DNA from: Lingula anatina
Taxonomy: Eukaryota; Animalia; Brachiopoda
NCBI GenBank assembly: GCA_051362555.1
Contig: CM120643.1
Span: 1,054,001 to 1,118,000 of the forward strand
Direction of reading: 5' to 3'
DNA length: 64,000 nucleotides
In this document: in pieces, positions 1 through 13,160 of the stretch
Position numbering within the stretch: the first letter of the stretch is position 1
Layout of the letters: every line of letters starts with the position of its first letter
Notes under the pieces: generated by a model
The model's input: only the letters and a program-made list of their open reading frames with translations
Database searches by the model: none
What the model was told of the DNA's origin: nothing
Made by a program: the position numbers and the translations under genes

Positions 1-584
1 ATTCACCTATTCCCCAAATAGAAAATCTAACCTCCATTTCTTCTATGATAACATGTTAACTCAGTCTGCATACATAGCGCACGCTGACGTATATGACCTT
101 AGTCATTTGTCAGTGACCTCTGTCAATTTAGTTGATCCGCTTTTATATTTAATGTTATGTGAGCTTACAATGAGGTCGGTACATCAGCTATTTATACACT
201 TAGGTAGCTATCAGCTGTATGTGATCTGCAAATATTTGGAGTTTATTTATAAACACCCGAGAGTTGCGATAAGACTTTAAAACTTACTCCAATATGTATC
301 GGTTTATCACACGATGTTGTGTTGGTTGTTAACCAGTGCTGTAAGAATTTTAAAAGGTGAAACATTTCAGAGACTGAATGACTTTAATTTAATCTTAGTT
401 CGAGAAATAATCAGGTGTGACTTTTATGTGTGGCTTTTGTGCTAGCACGTTATTTTTTTTAAATCTCAGAACATAAAACCGCAGGAGAAATAATAATATC
501 TAATTAACAAAAATGACAAACTTGTCGACAATAATATGAAGTTAACTTCGCTCTCATTTGTAATATATATGTACTAGTAAACAA

Positions 585-706
585 TTTATATATAATGTCA
601 TGTAATATCATATCATAGTATACTTTATATATGATGTCATGTAAAATCATATCATAGTATACTTTATATATGATGTCATGTAAAATCAAATCACAGTATA
701 CTTTAT
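585..706. repeat. 39-bp minisatellite, about 3 copies
   Basis: Unit tttatatatgatgtcatgtaaaatcatatcatagtatac. The homologous array at ~45736-45940 has about 5 copies. Confidence 0.85.
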
Positions 707-772
707 CATAATAAGAACTACAGCAGCTGATACCCGTCATATTAATCACTGAAACATAACAATGATAAAAAA

Positions 773-841
773 TGGAATGGAAATCGAACTCATTCCGCCG
801 TGATTGGCAACCACGGACGTTACCACTGGCCCATCAAATCC
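773..841 (-). pseudogene. tRNA-Gly(GCC)-derived sequence (pseudo-tRNA or SINE head)
   Basis: Minus strand reads GGATTTGATGGGCCAGTGGTAACGTCCGTGGTTGCCAATCACGGCGGAATGAGTTCGATTTCC. It has an A-box-like TGGGCCAGTGG, a CCGTG/CACGG stem around a TTGCCAA loop, a B-box-like GAGTTCGA and a following T-run. The acceptor stem is broken. Confidence 0.55.
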
Positions 842-862
842 TGATATCTTGAATAGTGCAAT

Positions 863-1002
863 CAGGGGCGGACTGAGGCTGGGTTATTAAGTTTACACTG
901 ACTGGTATCTATCTTTCTGTCATAAGACGGTCAACAATAGAGGGTTTTATCAACAAAGATAAATTGAAAGGCTGTCAGAAAATAACCCTCAATCCGCCCC
1001 TG
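863..1002. mobile_element. Small hAT-like MITE (CAGGGGCGGA termini)
   Basis: caggggcggactgagg...cctcaatccgcccctg terminal inverted repeats; no clear TSD. Confidence 0.5.
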
Positions 1003-2532
1003 GTTACTGACAATATATGATAGCTTTACGGAAATTGCCGAAGGCTAAAAAATGCCTTCAAAATTTACTTTTAACAGTAATAATCAAATTCAATCTACGG
1101 ACTCAATCTTCCCACTTTCCTATGTAGTTAGGGAGAATAACGTGAAAAGGAGACTTCGACTGATCTGCCATTACTATATAGATTGTAACACAAGGGTACA
1201 TTTACCAGTGCATTAATCATCTGCAAATATCAACAGCAATGATTACATACAGTTTTCTCGTCATGTTTGCTCACACAACACCTTAGCATTCATTTTGTGT
1301 TAAGATATAGTAATAACTTTTAAAAAGTATATACAAGTAATTTCAAACGGTTTTCACCGAGTTACAGTGTTACTACATGTATGACCACTGTCTCACCCTG
1401 TCTAAGTACAAAGTATGAAAAAACATCTAAATCAGCATCCCGACTTTGACTCTATATACTTAATATTCATCACACATCTGACATTACAATAACACAAGTG
1501 AACAAAGCAAATCGGCAGTGGAATTATGCCTGATAAGGGGTATTTATCAGAATGAGTAATGTAAGATAACATTAAAAATTTAATAAACAAATATAATTTA
1601 ATTTGTCAATAGGTACAGAAAAATTAACTTAATTTAGCAGCCAGCAGATAAAATATTGGTTGATATATTAAGTTAATCATTTTAAAGCTATTGACAAACG
1701 AAAAGCAGCATGGTTATAAAAACATACACTAAATAAAACTGTTCAACCTTATAACTTGATAAGATCAATGGGATATAAAACAACGTGCGCTGGCAGATTC
1801 AGGATAGTAGCAGGTAGTAGACCCATGATGTCATCATTGAAGTGAATATATCGATTTGCAAAAATTCTGGGAATTTAACAGTGCTTTGGATGTGGGTCGG
1901 TTATTTCTCCCCATTTTGTAAAGGACTGATCTTGAGTCCGATATTTTGCCTTGGAAGGAGGAGAGAAATTCTAAGGGCCGATAATATGTATCTGCTAGCG
2001 ACGTGGAGATTAAAAAAAAAACATTACAGTATGTCATTTCAGAAACGTACAGATCTATTTTAACGATAACCTATACTTCTTCCAAAGAATGCCGTCAGCA
2101 TTTATTTAACGCCCCCTTATATAACTTTTTAACACATGAGACCTAGCTAGGTCTGGATAAATTATGTCTGGGTCATTGTAGATTTACCACATTTTTAACA
2201 CGTGTGTTTACTATTTTTAACAATGACCTGAAATTTGAAACGTGTACTTATTATCTGCTTTGTCTGACATATAAGAACTTGGCTGCTACTTCTCCGTTAA
2301 CTATTTCAACACACTTGATAATCTACCGACCATAAAAACAAACATTGTTCTTAAAGTGTTTACATTTAGTATCTTAAAAAAAGCAATTCCCCGGCACAAT
2401 TGAGGATGAATGTGAAACTGTCGTTTTGTCCTGTATATGTGAACGTTAAGGTAGGTCAGTACGCCTGTATACAGACTGGAAATCCAGGCAAGTCTTAGGG
2501 AGATGTCACGCGATATATAGATATGTGGATGC

Positions 2533-3420
2533 AATGCGGGTTTTCACTGGTAATTTACGACATGTCTTTGGAAGATACCACATGATATATACTGTACGGG
2601 CCAGAATAGAAAAACAAAAGTCTTTGTTTTGTCCGTTGCAATTGGCTCAGTGTTATTGTCTAAGTGGACGTAAGTGGTTATTTAACCGAAATAATTGTGA
2701 ATATCATATTTATATCATGAGTTAATGCAGTGTTGGGAGGCAAAATGTAACGAAATGAATAAGTCATTACTTACCCTGGATACTTCAAGCTTCTGAACGG
2801 CCTTCACGCGACGCTTTACCGTCTTCTCGAACTGTTCACTTTCTCCTGTGTGTGGTCGTTTCATTGTCGCATGAATGGTAGGGACAGAATCTTCCTTCAA
2901 CGTCCTTTTTGTCTTTAAACCCAGCGCGTTCATAAGCGGGGATGCGAAGCAATCTTCCTCGAAGTGTGCCCCACAAAGAACGGCCTGAGACGATGGTGAG
3001 GGTGCATTGAATTTCTTCCTTTTTGTTTGCGGAAACCTATGCAAGCTGTGCCCAGTATGCTTCGAGTTTGAGCAGTTTTGGGCAACACACTTTTTAACCA
3101 TGATACAATACGGACGCTTTTATAGAGAACAACATCAATTTAAACGCGGCACCAGACTGACATAGAAAGCGGGTCTCGTGTATTATATAGGTCAACCCCA
3201 GATCTACCAAATACGTGGCAGCCTGTGACAGGCTATATGGTCAAGGTGACTTGTTTTTATGTAGGTCAGCAAATTCGCTCTAAAAGCATGCGTTTTTTAT
3301 CGATTTATTCACTAAAACGATGTCAGAAAATTTTGAAAAAAATATTTTTGTGCAGAATTAGTGTTCCTACATCAGGTAATAACAATATTTTAGGGTGTAA
3401 AACGGGTCAATACCTGCTCT
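2533..3420 (-). mobile_element. Truncated Kolobok-like DNA transposon with a THAP-domain exon (2775-3101)
   Basis: ORF MVKKCVAQNCSN..HRFP..LCGAHFEEDCF..LKEDSVPTI is a C2CH THAP domain with a GTAAGT donor at 2774. The terminus ...caatacctgctct abuts TTAA (3421-3424). THAP plus a TTAA target fits Kolobok. Confidence 0.65.
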
Positions 3421-6400
3421 TTAATGTACGACAGTTTAAACAAAACCAGTCTGCAAGGCTTGCTTTGATTTGGCGTTAACCTTACACTGGATTTAAAAGA
3501 ACAAATATAAATATGTTCGATGGATTAAATGCCGGCTTCGTTATATTTTAACTAAATGCGTTCATTTGCACAGTTACACAGATTTTATTTTTAAGTTGTC
3601 TGTCCTTTAGCACGCATTATAGCATTGTAGCTAAATAGTGACGGTGATCAATCCAAGCTCAATCTTGGCAACTATTGTTTACTAAATAGATCATGTTGAA
3701 TAAACTTAATTACGCTTTAATAAATAATCAACACATGGTTCGGTTATTGTCACTTGAAGGCTTTTGATCAAAGACGTTCAATGAAATCGCAAATCATTTG
3801 ACGATTAAAAAATGGACATGTTCAAGGGGCAGTTTTTGTTTCAGCTAAAGGGACTTCAGGTTCAGGTAGAGGGTTCAGTTACGTGTTTCAGCGGATGATA
3901 GCATCACGCCCTAGGTCTAAGCGAGTTGAATAGAAGCTTTTTATCCAAACATCCTATTCCTAACTACTGAGTTAGGACAAAGGTCTAGTAACATGCACTG
4001 TGCAATTACTATTAATGGATCAGATGCATACTTGATTGTTTTTCCTCTGGTGTCGCACGTATGCATCCTTTCTTGAGTGATCTAAAACAAGTCGCTAGTG
4101 TACCATGTTTCTCACTGTAGCAAATTATGTTCGACATGGCGTTTCTGAACGGCAGCAGGAGATACAGTAATTGTATAGGCAATCTTTAAGCTTGTTCGAG
4201 AGATAATAACAGTCGGGTTTAACAATAGATAGCGAGCTATAGTAAGACCCCCTCCTCTTTAACTGATGATTTACACTTTTAATTGACCGTATCTTCGTAT
4301 AGACCTTTTTCATCTTTTCCGGAAATGGAAATTGCATTGTGGGTACGGGAGCCCTGCTATGTCGAAACACTTACAGCGGTGCTAAAAACCATGGCTGAGT
4401 TTACGTGCTTTTTGTCCCGCTGCTACAATAACAGTAAGCGAGATTGACACATGAGGTATAATAAGTTCCCAACAAACCCGTAAGAATGAAAAATATGGTA
4501 GAAAGAAAGGAAAATATAGCAGGTTTGGATTAAAAGCAGGGCACCGCGTTTGCGCTGAACATTTCGAAGGCGAGAAGGCGGGAAGAAAAATTATAATATT
4601 AGGAGATCAACGGTGCTTTAATAAAAACAGAAATGCTTAGTTAATCAACGGATATAACGAACTAGAACTCGGGGGTAAACAATGCGATAAAAACAAAGTT
4701 CTGAAGAAAAAATTGAAGAATAGGGGCCTAAAAAGAAAGAAAAGACTTTAAGTATGAGATTATGGAAAAAGAAAGTAAAAGCTGTGAGGTTTTACACGGG
4801 GATTCTACTTACAAAAAAATTCAAGAACTTTCACGACTTTTTGTGTAACAACAAAGAGAAGGTTTGAAAAGTTTTGTATGTAATATCCTTTTTGTGTGTG
4901 TTTTATTGACAAGTGATCATTTTAAATGTAGGCCTAACACAGGTTTTAGTCTCTAATAACCCTTAGTAGGGTGGGTTCTATTTTTTTTTTTTTAACTTGA
5001 GACGTTAATAAAATTTTTATTATTATGTATCCAGTCCCGTACACCCTGTACGTATTACTGATTTGTACAAATGGGGCTCATATTATCAAGATCAACAGAG
5101 ACATACGAAGAATAATGTACATCGGCCCTTGTTGAACGCGTTACCGGCAAAATAAAAAGTTATTTATTTCTGAACTCGATGACAAGAGAATTGGAAAATT
5201 CAATGGGCATATATTCTTAATGCAGAGAAGCCTTTCTGTAAGCTACACGTGCATAATGTATGGTAAAGACAAAATGGATAAAAAAAATAATAAAACAATT
5301 AACGTACAGTATTTTTAAAGTAATGCAAATATGCTTAGTATTAAAGTAGGCCTACGTATATTTAACTCTGTCTTAGATAGTTAAAAAGTATGAAATGTGT
5401 GGAAAACACTTTATTTGAATGATTTTATTGTCTTTGATTGAAAACGATGAAAATACGCATGAAAACATTTAAAAATCAAATAATTTGGTCTGTTGCTATA
5501 ATTTTGTTTTTGCCTGACGGTTTTGTTTCAGTTTGAGAAAATGTTCATACTTGTCAGACCGAAAGTCTGACATTTTTTACCTGTCGTAAATTTTGTGCAT
5601 ATACTAGAGTAAGACACGGTAAACTTTAATTATCGTCTGGGAAAGATTCGAGAATTCCTGTCTCACCTGTTTAACACTTATAAATTAGAAGGTTTTAATT
5701 ACAGAGGAAAGGTCGTAGTTGTGGCCGCCCCCTAACTGAACAATTGAACAAGTAACACCTGATATGCCTTATCAGGTACCAAACGATTTAATCAGTTCAC
5801 CGACGAACAATCTGCGTGTCACTTTTAGGTACGAGTCAAACAATGCAGGGAATCTTTTCATTTTATCATTTCAAAAATCTCTTAAGACACCCTTCAAACA
5901 AGACATAAAAATCGCAATGAATTGATTCTGCCGGTAAATGAGGTGATATCGCCACAGCTTGCATATATACATGTAATATTGTGAAGACGTAGGCCTACGC
6001 ACCTGTCCACACTCTTGAAAGCTGTGTACGAGTCTACTGGCTGTTTTGATTTAATATATATAAAAAATAACGAGTCTCTTTCGCATATCTTTATTATCGG
6101 AGGCATTTAAAAGAACTCTGAAGCTTTAGTTTGTCATCACTATTGAAAGTGCAGCCAAGGCTCGGACGCTTAGGTGAAGTCTAGTTGTACAGCGCATCGT
6201 ATTTAAACTGAGAAAAAAACATTTAATTGACTGATTCTCCGTCCAAGTAGCTGTTTTCTTGCCTACAGTTTACGCATTTCTGTGCTTCAGCCACCTTTTT
6301 AGTTTGACAGAAAGCAGTGCAAGCTGCAAACGACCTTTTTATATGCACACCTTGTATATCATCTACACCTAGCATTGCCATGCTGGAAACAGCAGAGGAC

Positions 6401-7239
6401 CATCATGACCCCTGTGGCGCGCGGTTCCTGTCGTGCGCACTTCGTATTTCCGGAAAAGATGAAAAAGGTCTATATTGTATGATCATACAGCCAGACTTCC
6501 CCCTGTTGCACGTTGTAGTTGGATTGTCATTGCGCCTATGTCAATGCACCTCAATATTACAATATAAGCATAATATAAGTAATATGTTATTTCCTTATTC
6601 CTCTTTCATTATCATTCATGTTTTATAAATACTTGAACGCTTGAATGCAGATATTTCAAATTAAAACGTAAGTACATAAATAAATTATACATTTATAAAT
6701 TAATGCAATAGGAATTTTTTGAGACGGATTGATGCTGACGCTCATGCATTTCAACCAAACAAACAATAATTAGTTCAATTTTTGACTGCAGAAATTTCAT
6801 ATAGGATGAAATAACTGATAACAAATTTAACTAGCAGTTTGTTAGCAACACTAAAAACCAGTTGCGCGTGCCAAACTAGTGAACAAAAGGACAGTTCGCT
6901 TCGCGTGGCACGCATGGGTTTAGCCTCTTCAAGCTATAATCCTATCGCCGCAACAAACAATAGGGACCTTCTGGCTGATGTATCCTGCTGTTAATTACAC
7001 CTAGTTACAGCGGATTGTCGCGCTCGCGCTGGACCACAGAAACCGGCGACATGGGGTTCACTCGTATTAAGTATTGTGTTAATCCACCTAAGCTATTGTG
7101 TTTGTGCGTTCGAATTTGGAAGGGATTTATACGGCCCTCCATTGTTTGTCCGCCCCCTTCTATTCACAAGATAGGGATTAAAACATTTCGAACGTTGTTA
7201 CACCGGTGTACAACGGAAACAAAATTATTCCGACCACTG
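3421..7239 (+). repeat. Copy 1 of a ~1.6-kb direct duplication (copy 2 at 9972-11557), interrupted by an ISL2EU element
   Basis: Near-identical from 'acgacagtttaaacaaaaccagtctgcaagg' to 'aaattattccgaccactg' in both places. Confidence 0.92.
4301..6471 (+). mobile_element. Degenerate ISL2EU-type (PIF/Harbinger-related) DNA transposon, ~2.17 kb
   Basis: Perfect 26-bp TIRs agacctttttcatcttttccggaaat. The AT TSD is supported by the empty site in copy 2 (cgtatattg, ~10830). Decayed THAP at 4391 (MAEFTCFLSRCYNN..KFP..RVCAEHF), an FYTG motif, and a VERVTGKIKSY C-terminal DDE_Tnp_4-like motif. A convergent ORF2 remnant (PPI..YIKS..YTAFKS) lies at 5894-6106. Confidence 0.8.
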
Positions 7240-9971
7240 CCGTACTAGGATTAAGAATGTGTACATTTACCCCGTGGACCATTTGAAGATTACACTGCGA
7301 TTAATGCGGTGGAAAATACAATAGAGAGAGTGTATAATGATAGGGTCGCTAAACGATTGTTGACGGCATATAGTAACTAGCCTAATCCCCTGGTCGCCTG
7401 GGTAGCCACGCCCCCTTAGAGTACTTATGTAAACAAACGGTCCCCCGTAGCGAACTATCCTTTTGGTCAACAGCTTCGCGCGTGCAGCTGATTATGTATG
7501 TAGTGACACTATATCTAACTGCATATAAATTTGTGCTAGCCGTTATTTGATTCATTCTGCTGTGTCGGATGTTGTGGATCAGCCCACTGGTTCGTTGACT
7601 TATGTTTTTCTGAAGATTGATAGTGCAGATTTTGAGTGTTTAATTATTTACCCTCCTTCTAACAAGAGAAAGGGGAAGGGAGATAAAAAGAGAGAGTGTC
7701 AAATGAAACGGGTAATGAGTAATACATTATATTAAATAAAGGGACTCGCGGTGGAAGAAACGATAGACTGTTTTGCATCAAGGTATGCCATTATAATCCG
7801 ACATGGCCCATAACATGATCCATAACATGACTCATTGTTGTATGCCTTATATTTGTGCCGACTTATATTTTACTCTCGTTCATTTCGTAAAACTATTTCC
7901 TGGCATAAAGTTTTGCCTGTATAAATTAACTTTGTGACATGAAGTAATTAATAAAACGCGCCTGTTGAAAAGGGGGCGTTTCGTAACTAATAAAGGTTCA
8001 CTATTCAGAAAAATATCGTCGCCGTTCGTCGCCGCTACCTTCAGGAAAGCGTACCCTCCGCGTGGTTCACCGGCATTTTTGATTATCTGACAAATTAGGG
8101 CAATTTACGTTTTAGCTAATAATTCTGAATTTACTAACATTTTGGACTAAATTCGATGTCTGATTCATAGCAATGTCGGAGAGCCGCCAGAGTAACTGTT
8201 TAATTTTCTAAACTAATCAAACTAGAACGCGTGGCGATAAAATGTGTCGCTAGATCTTGTAAACACTCAGCGAAATGCACCTAGTGACTATATTCAATGT
8301 GCCGTCACTTAATTGCTTTCTCGATTTCATTAATTGACGATAGTAATTGCAGATAACAAGGAAGAGGAAATGCTGAAGACAAAACAACGTCGGGTCTTTG
8401 TGTGACTTTCTCCCTAAATACTTTTTATGTTGCTGTCAAAGAAAAAGGAGTCTAGATAGCGATTATTTAAACCACTGCTGCTGCTTTTGCAGGTAGACTT
8501 CCTCGTTTATCATTTAAATGCCGCCCTCCCCCAGCAGACCCAACTTGATGCATGTACGTCTTGGTAGCTATAGTACAGATCTTGGTTCAAGTAATGGAAG
8601 GTTTAAGCACAAAACGATAATTTGAGGCTATTTTTTCATTCAAGACAAAATAAAGTATCTATGGTGTGTGACAATAGGGACTTTACAAAGCTTAATTTGT
8701 CCTTAAATATATATTCCAGTAGCACAGGCGAGCGACGTAATTGTAACCTCAACTTGAGGTATCGTCGATGAAAGCGGAGTACAAAAATTAACTTTTTTTA
8801 AATATCGATTACAACATGCTGTACAATGATATTGAGACTAAAGGGTTTAATGGACTTCTTTGCCTTAAAAGCAATTCATTTCAAAATTAAAAGAAACAGT
8901 TTTTTCGGGGAGCGCGGGTAGACAGTTTGCGTCAGGTGATTCGTTAAAGTCGAGGAGTGTTTCACTATCAAATGTGTAAATCATATATGTCATAAAACAC
9001 TATAAGAAAGTTTTTTGTTACGATCTGCAACATTTGTTCATTTATATAGCAGGGCGAAGTTAAAGCCAGAGGTAAATAGAACCTAATACCGTAATCCTCC
9101 TCGTCCATTTATTTAAATCGTATCAAAACGTTTGATACACAATGTTCATTAAATTCATAATTTTGGCGATTTATTAAAACCATATTGGTACATAAAAGAT
9201 TAAGATTAGCATAAGTTAAGCAACAACCAGTATGAAGAACAACACCCTTTTTAAATGAGGCAAGACACCCTCTTCACACAGTTTATAACCTTGAGAAAGA
9301 CATTATGCAACAAGGCAAAGGAGTTATGCAAAGTTCTTTCAACTCGTGTGTGAATACAACACATTCTTTGTCACTTTTACAAGACAATGGAGGCGAGCAA
9401 GTAGAGTAATTACAATATACAATAAAAAGGACATTAGTATAGAAAGCTTACTTCGGGTCAGCCCTTTGCTTGTTCGAATGAAAGTGATAGATATCGCGCC
9501 GCGACTCCCTTTATTAAACCTTCGTGTGTTTGTGTAAAAGTGTGAAAGACAGGCAACGGTCTTTAGTAGTTGTTGATATTGTTCGCGATTAATATTGAAG
9601 TATAACTCCTTCGCCTGCATGTAAACGTGTTACTTTTCCTCATGTTCTCTTTATTTCTTTTAGGTGGTTGAGACAATGGGATGAGATCGATAAAAGTAAA
9701 GGTTAATCTAAACAATTAGATGCGATATTTGTGAAATGACTTATTAAGTGATGTGTATGTACCTAGCATGTTTAAATTCTTGAATTTCTAATTTGTTAAA
9801 TCTTTCATACACGGCCTCATATATGTATTACTCTCAGGCCTTCGATATTATTGTGTTACCCGGGACTCCTGGAAACCTGAAGCACAGGTCTACGGAGTCT
9901 TATTATCCTTCATGCAGTTTTATGGCTGGGATGAACACTGCGAAGTAGAAACAGGCTTTACTTAGCTTTAC

Positions 9972-11557
9972 TTGATGCACGACAGTTTAAACAAAACCAG
10001 TCTGCAAGGCTTGCTTTGATTTGGCGTTAACCTTACACTGGTTTTAAAAGAACAAATATAAATATGTTCGATGGATTAAATGCCGGCTTCGTTATATTTT
10101 AACTAAATGCGTTCATTTGCACAGTTACACAGATAATATTTTTAAGTTGTCTGTCGTTCAGCACGCATTATAGGCGAGTAGCTAAATAGTGACGGTGATC
10201 AATCCAAGCTCAATCTTGGCAAGTATCGTTTACAAAATAGATCATATAGATGTTGAATAAACTTAATTACGCTTTAGTAAATAATCAACACACGGTTCGG
10301 TTATTGTCACTTGAAAGCTTACGATCAAAGACGTTCAATGAAATCACAAATCATTTGACGATTAAAAAATGGACATGTTCAAGGGGCAGTTTTTGTTTCA
10401 GCTAAAGGGACTTCAGGTTCAGGTAGAGGGTTCAGTTACGTGTTTCATCGGATGATAGCATCACGCTAAGCGAGTTGAATAGAAGCTTTTTATCCAAACA
10501 TCCTATTCCTAACTACTGAGTTAGGACAAAGGTCTAGTAACATGCACTGTGCAATTGCTATTAATGGATCAGTTTTTCCTCTGGTGTCGCACGTGTGCAT
10601 CCTTTCTTGAGTGATCTAAAACAAGTCGCTAGTGTACCATGTTTCTCACTGTAGCAAATTATGTTCGACATGGTGTTTCTGAACGGCAGCCGGAGACACA
10701 GTAATTGTGTAGGCATGCTTTAAGCTTGTTCGAGAGATAATAACAGTCGGGTTTAACAATAGATAGCGAGCTATAGTAAGACCCCCTCCTCTTTAACTGA
10801 TGATTTACACTTTTAATTGACCGTACTTTCGTATATTGTATGATCATACAGCCAGACTTCCCCCTGTTGCACGTTGTAGTTGGATTGTCATTGCGCCTAT
10901 GTCAATGCACCTCATTTAATTCCAATATTATAATATAAGCATAATATAAGTAATATGTTATTTCCTTATTCCTCTTTCATTATCATTCATGTTTTATAAA
11001 TACTTGAACGCTTGAATGCAGATATTTCAAATTAAAACGTAAGTACATAGATAAATTATACATGTATAAATTAATGCAATAGGAATTTTTTGAGACAGAT
11101 TGATGCTGACGCTCATGCATTTCAACCAAACAAACAATAATTAGTTCAATTTTTGACTGCGGAAATTTCATATAGGATGAAATAACTGATAACAAATTTA
11201 ACTAGCTTCGCTTCGCGTGGCACGCCTTAGCATGGGTTTAGCCTCTTCAAGCTATAAACCTATCGCCGCAACAAACAATAGGGACCTTCTGTCTGATGTA
11301 TCCTGCTGTTAATTACACCTAGTTACAGCGGATTGGCACGCTCGCGCTGGGCCACAGAAACCGGCGTCATGGGGTTCACTCGTATTAAGTATTGTGTTAT
11401 TCCACCTAAGCTATTGTGTTTGTGCGTTCGAATTTTGAAGGGATTTATACGGCCCTCCATTGTTTGTCCGCCCCCTTCTATTCACAAGATAGGGATTAAA
11501 ACATTTCGAACGTTGTTACACCGGTATACAACGGAAACAAAATTATTCCGACCACTG
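9972..11557 (+). repeat. Copy 2 of the direct duplication (holds the empty ISL2EU site)
   Basis: Matches 3421-4300 joined directly to 6472-7239, with a small internal deletion near 11205. Confidence 0.92.
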
Positions 11558-11659
11558 TAGCTCTGACACTCAGAGTCTGAAGCTGAAACATGATTGAAAT
11601 TGTTCAAATTAATGGCTATATCAGTGACAGTGACGAAAAGGTGTGATTTGCGTATAATG

Positions 11660-11688
11660 ATATATATATATATATATCATTATACGCA

Positions 11689-11720
<32 letters not shown>

Positions 11721-11895
11721 GGAGAGACCACTTTTTGGTGCCCTGTGACGTTTTTTAAATGAAGAACGAAAGTTATGATGATAAGTAGAAAATGATTGTT
11801 TTCACAACGTCACGTTTAAATACTTACAACAATTGAAATTCATGCCAGAGAGAGAGAGAGAGAGACAAAACGAGAGACAGAGACAGAGAGAGAGG
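11660..11895. repeat. Compound (TA)n/(TG)n/(GA)n microsatellites
   Basis: Directly visible dinucleotide runs at ~11660-11727 and ~11848-11895. Confidence 0.9.
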
Positions 11896-12964
11896 ATGAG
11901 GCTTCTGTTCATTGTTGTGTAGAGCCAGGTATAAAGTAAGAACGGATGTTTTAGTTTTCACAAGCCTTTATTTACTGTGGAACAACCTTTATGACTACAT
12001 TTCTGTCCCCTTTTCCACTCTTTAACACTTGATATATACACGGTACATGTGCATGTAGCTAACTCATCATTTCTCACTTTGCATGTACATATAATTTATG
12101 CAATCCGTGCCGTCACCTTGCTTTAACCTTTTTAACCTTTTAGTACTTTGTTCATGTTCTAAGGTGTCTTCTTCTTTTATAACAGTAACTAATATTATAT
12201 TATACAGGATCCTCTCTTGGGCGTCTTATTCTGTTCCTATCGATAACTAACATTACATTAATATTGACCACCATATTACCGTGGTATCAATATATCACAC
12301 CCATATTATATACTTACAACCTGGACACATATTCTTTGGAATATGTGATTAATTTCATTCTATTAAGAATTAATACATATCCACGTCTATATCCACGTAA
12401 TAATAATAATAATAATAATAGTGATAATGATAATAATACGCAAAACATATCCATATAAACAAAAATGAAGGACGGTAATATTGTTAAAACTTTATGACCA
12501 AGTACATGTAAGATGTAAAGCTGTTTATTTACTTATCGAGTGTTTAATGTGAGGCCAAAATTTTCGCCTTTCGAATCGTTTGCAGTATTGCATGATTTAA
12601 CTGTGGTTCTCTTATTACAGTACTGACACATTCTCTGTTTACAGTCCATCTCCTTTGCTATTTGTACTCATTCAGATGCCACTTTGTGAAATAAAAGGGT
12701 AACTATAATTCCAATAAAACAAATAGTTACAGCACAAACATTGCGACCAGTTTGTTTTTATGAATATCAGCAAAGAAACTTCTGTATGATTTTCATTCTC
12801 ACTATTATGAATTATTTAAGATAAATTCTGGTAAATTTAATCACTGCTTTATACTATTTTACATTATCGTAAAACTAATACTATAATGATAATTTTGTAC
12901 TACAAAAGCACATACGTACCACATCTGGACATTTCGTATTACTTGTAACATTCATAATTAGATT

Positions 12965-13160
12965 CCCGTAGCAAAATCAAATCTGCAGTAATGTTGCAGT
13001 AATATCAAAGTTTGCAGAGACGGGTTGCAGGGGTTCGAAGAAAAAAAATTGCCGCTTATTTGCAGAAAGATTACTGCAATCTTTTAAGAAGAAATTGCAA
13101 TTTGCAGCAATATTGCCGAAATTTGCTACAGATTTGCAGCAGGCCTGATACGGTATGTTG
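12965..13160 (+). mobile_element. Probable terminus of a non-autonomous EnSpm/CACTA-type element
   Basis: Starts CCCGTAGCAAAA followed by many ttgcag/ctgcaa subterminal motifs; the other end was not found. Confidence 0.35.

Larger units (their letters stand above)
1..2532 (-). repeat. Left arm of a long diverged inverted duplication (partner 43828-47550); probably extends past the window start
   Basis: The reverse complement matches 43828-47550 colinearly. Examples: 'ataacatgttaactcagtctgca' (~48) vs 'tgcagaccgagttaacatgttat' (~47483); 'gatatgtggatgca' (~2520) vs 'tgcatccacatatc' (43828). Many substitutions and indels. Confidence 0.9.

Noticed and set aside
4125-11560. Paired similar ORFs (4125-4370 vs 10659-10847; 7015-7248 vs 11333-11560)
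   Set aside because: Explained by the DNA duplication; no protein motifs, and most have non-ATG starts.
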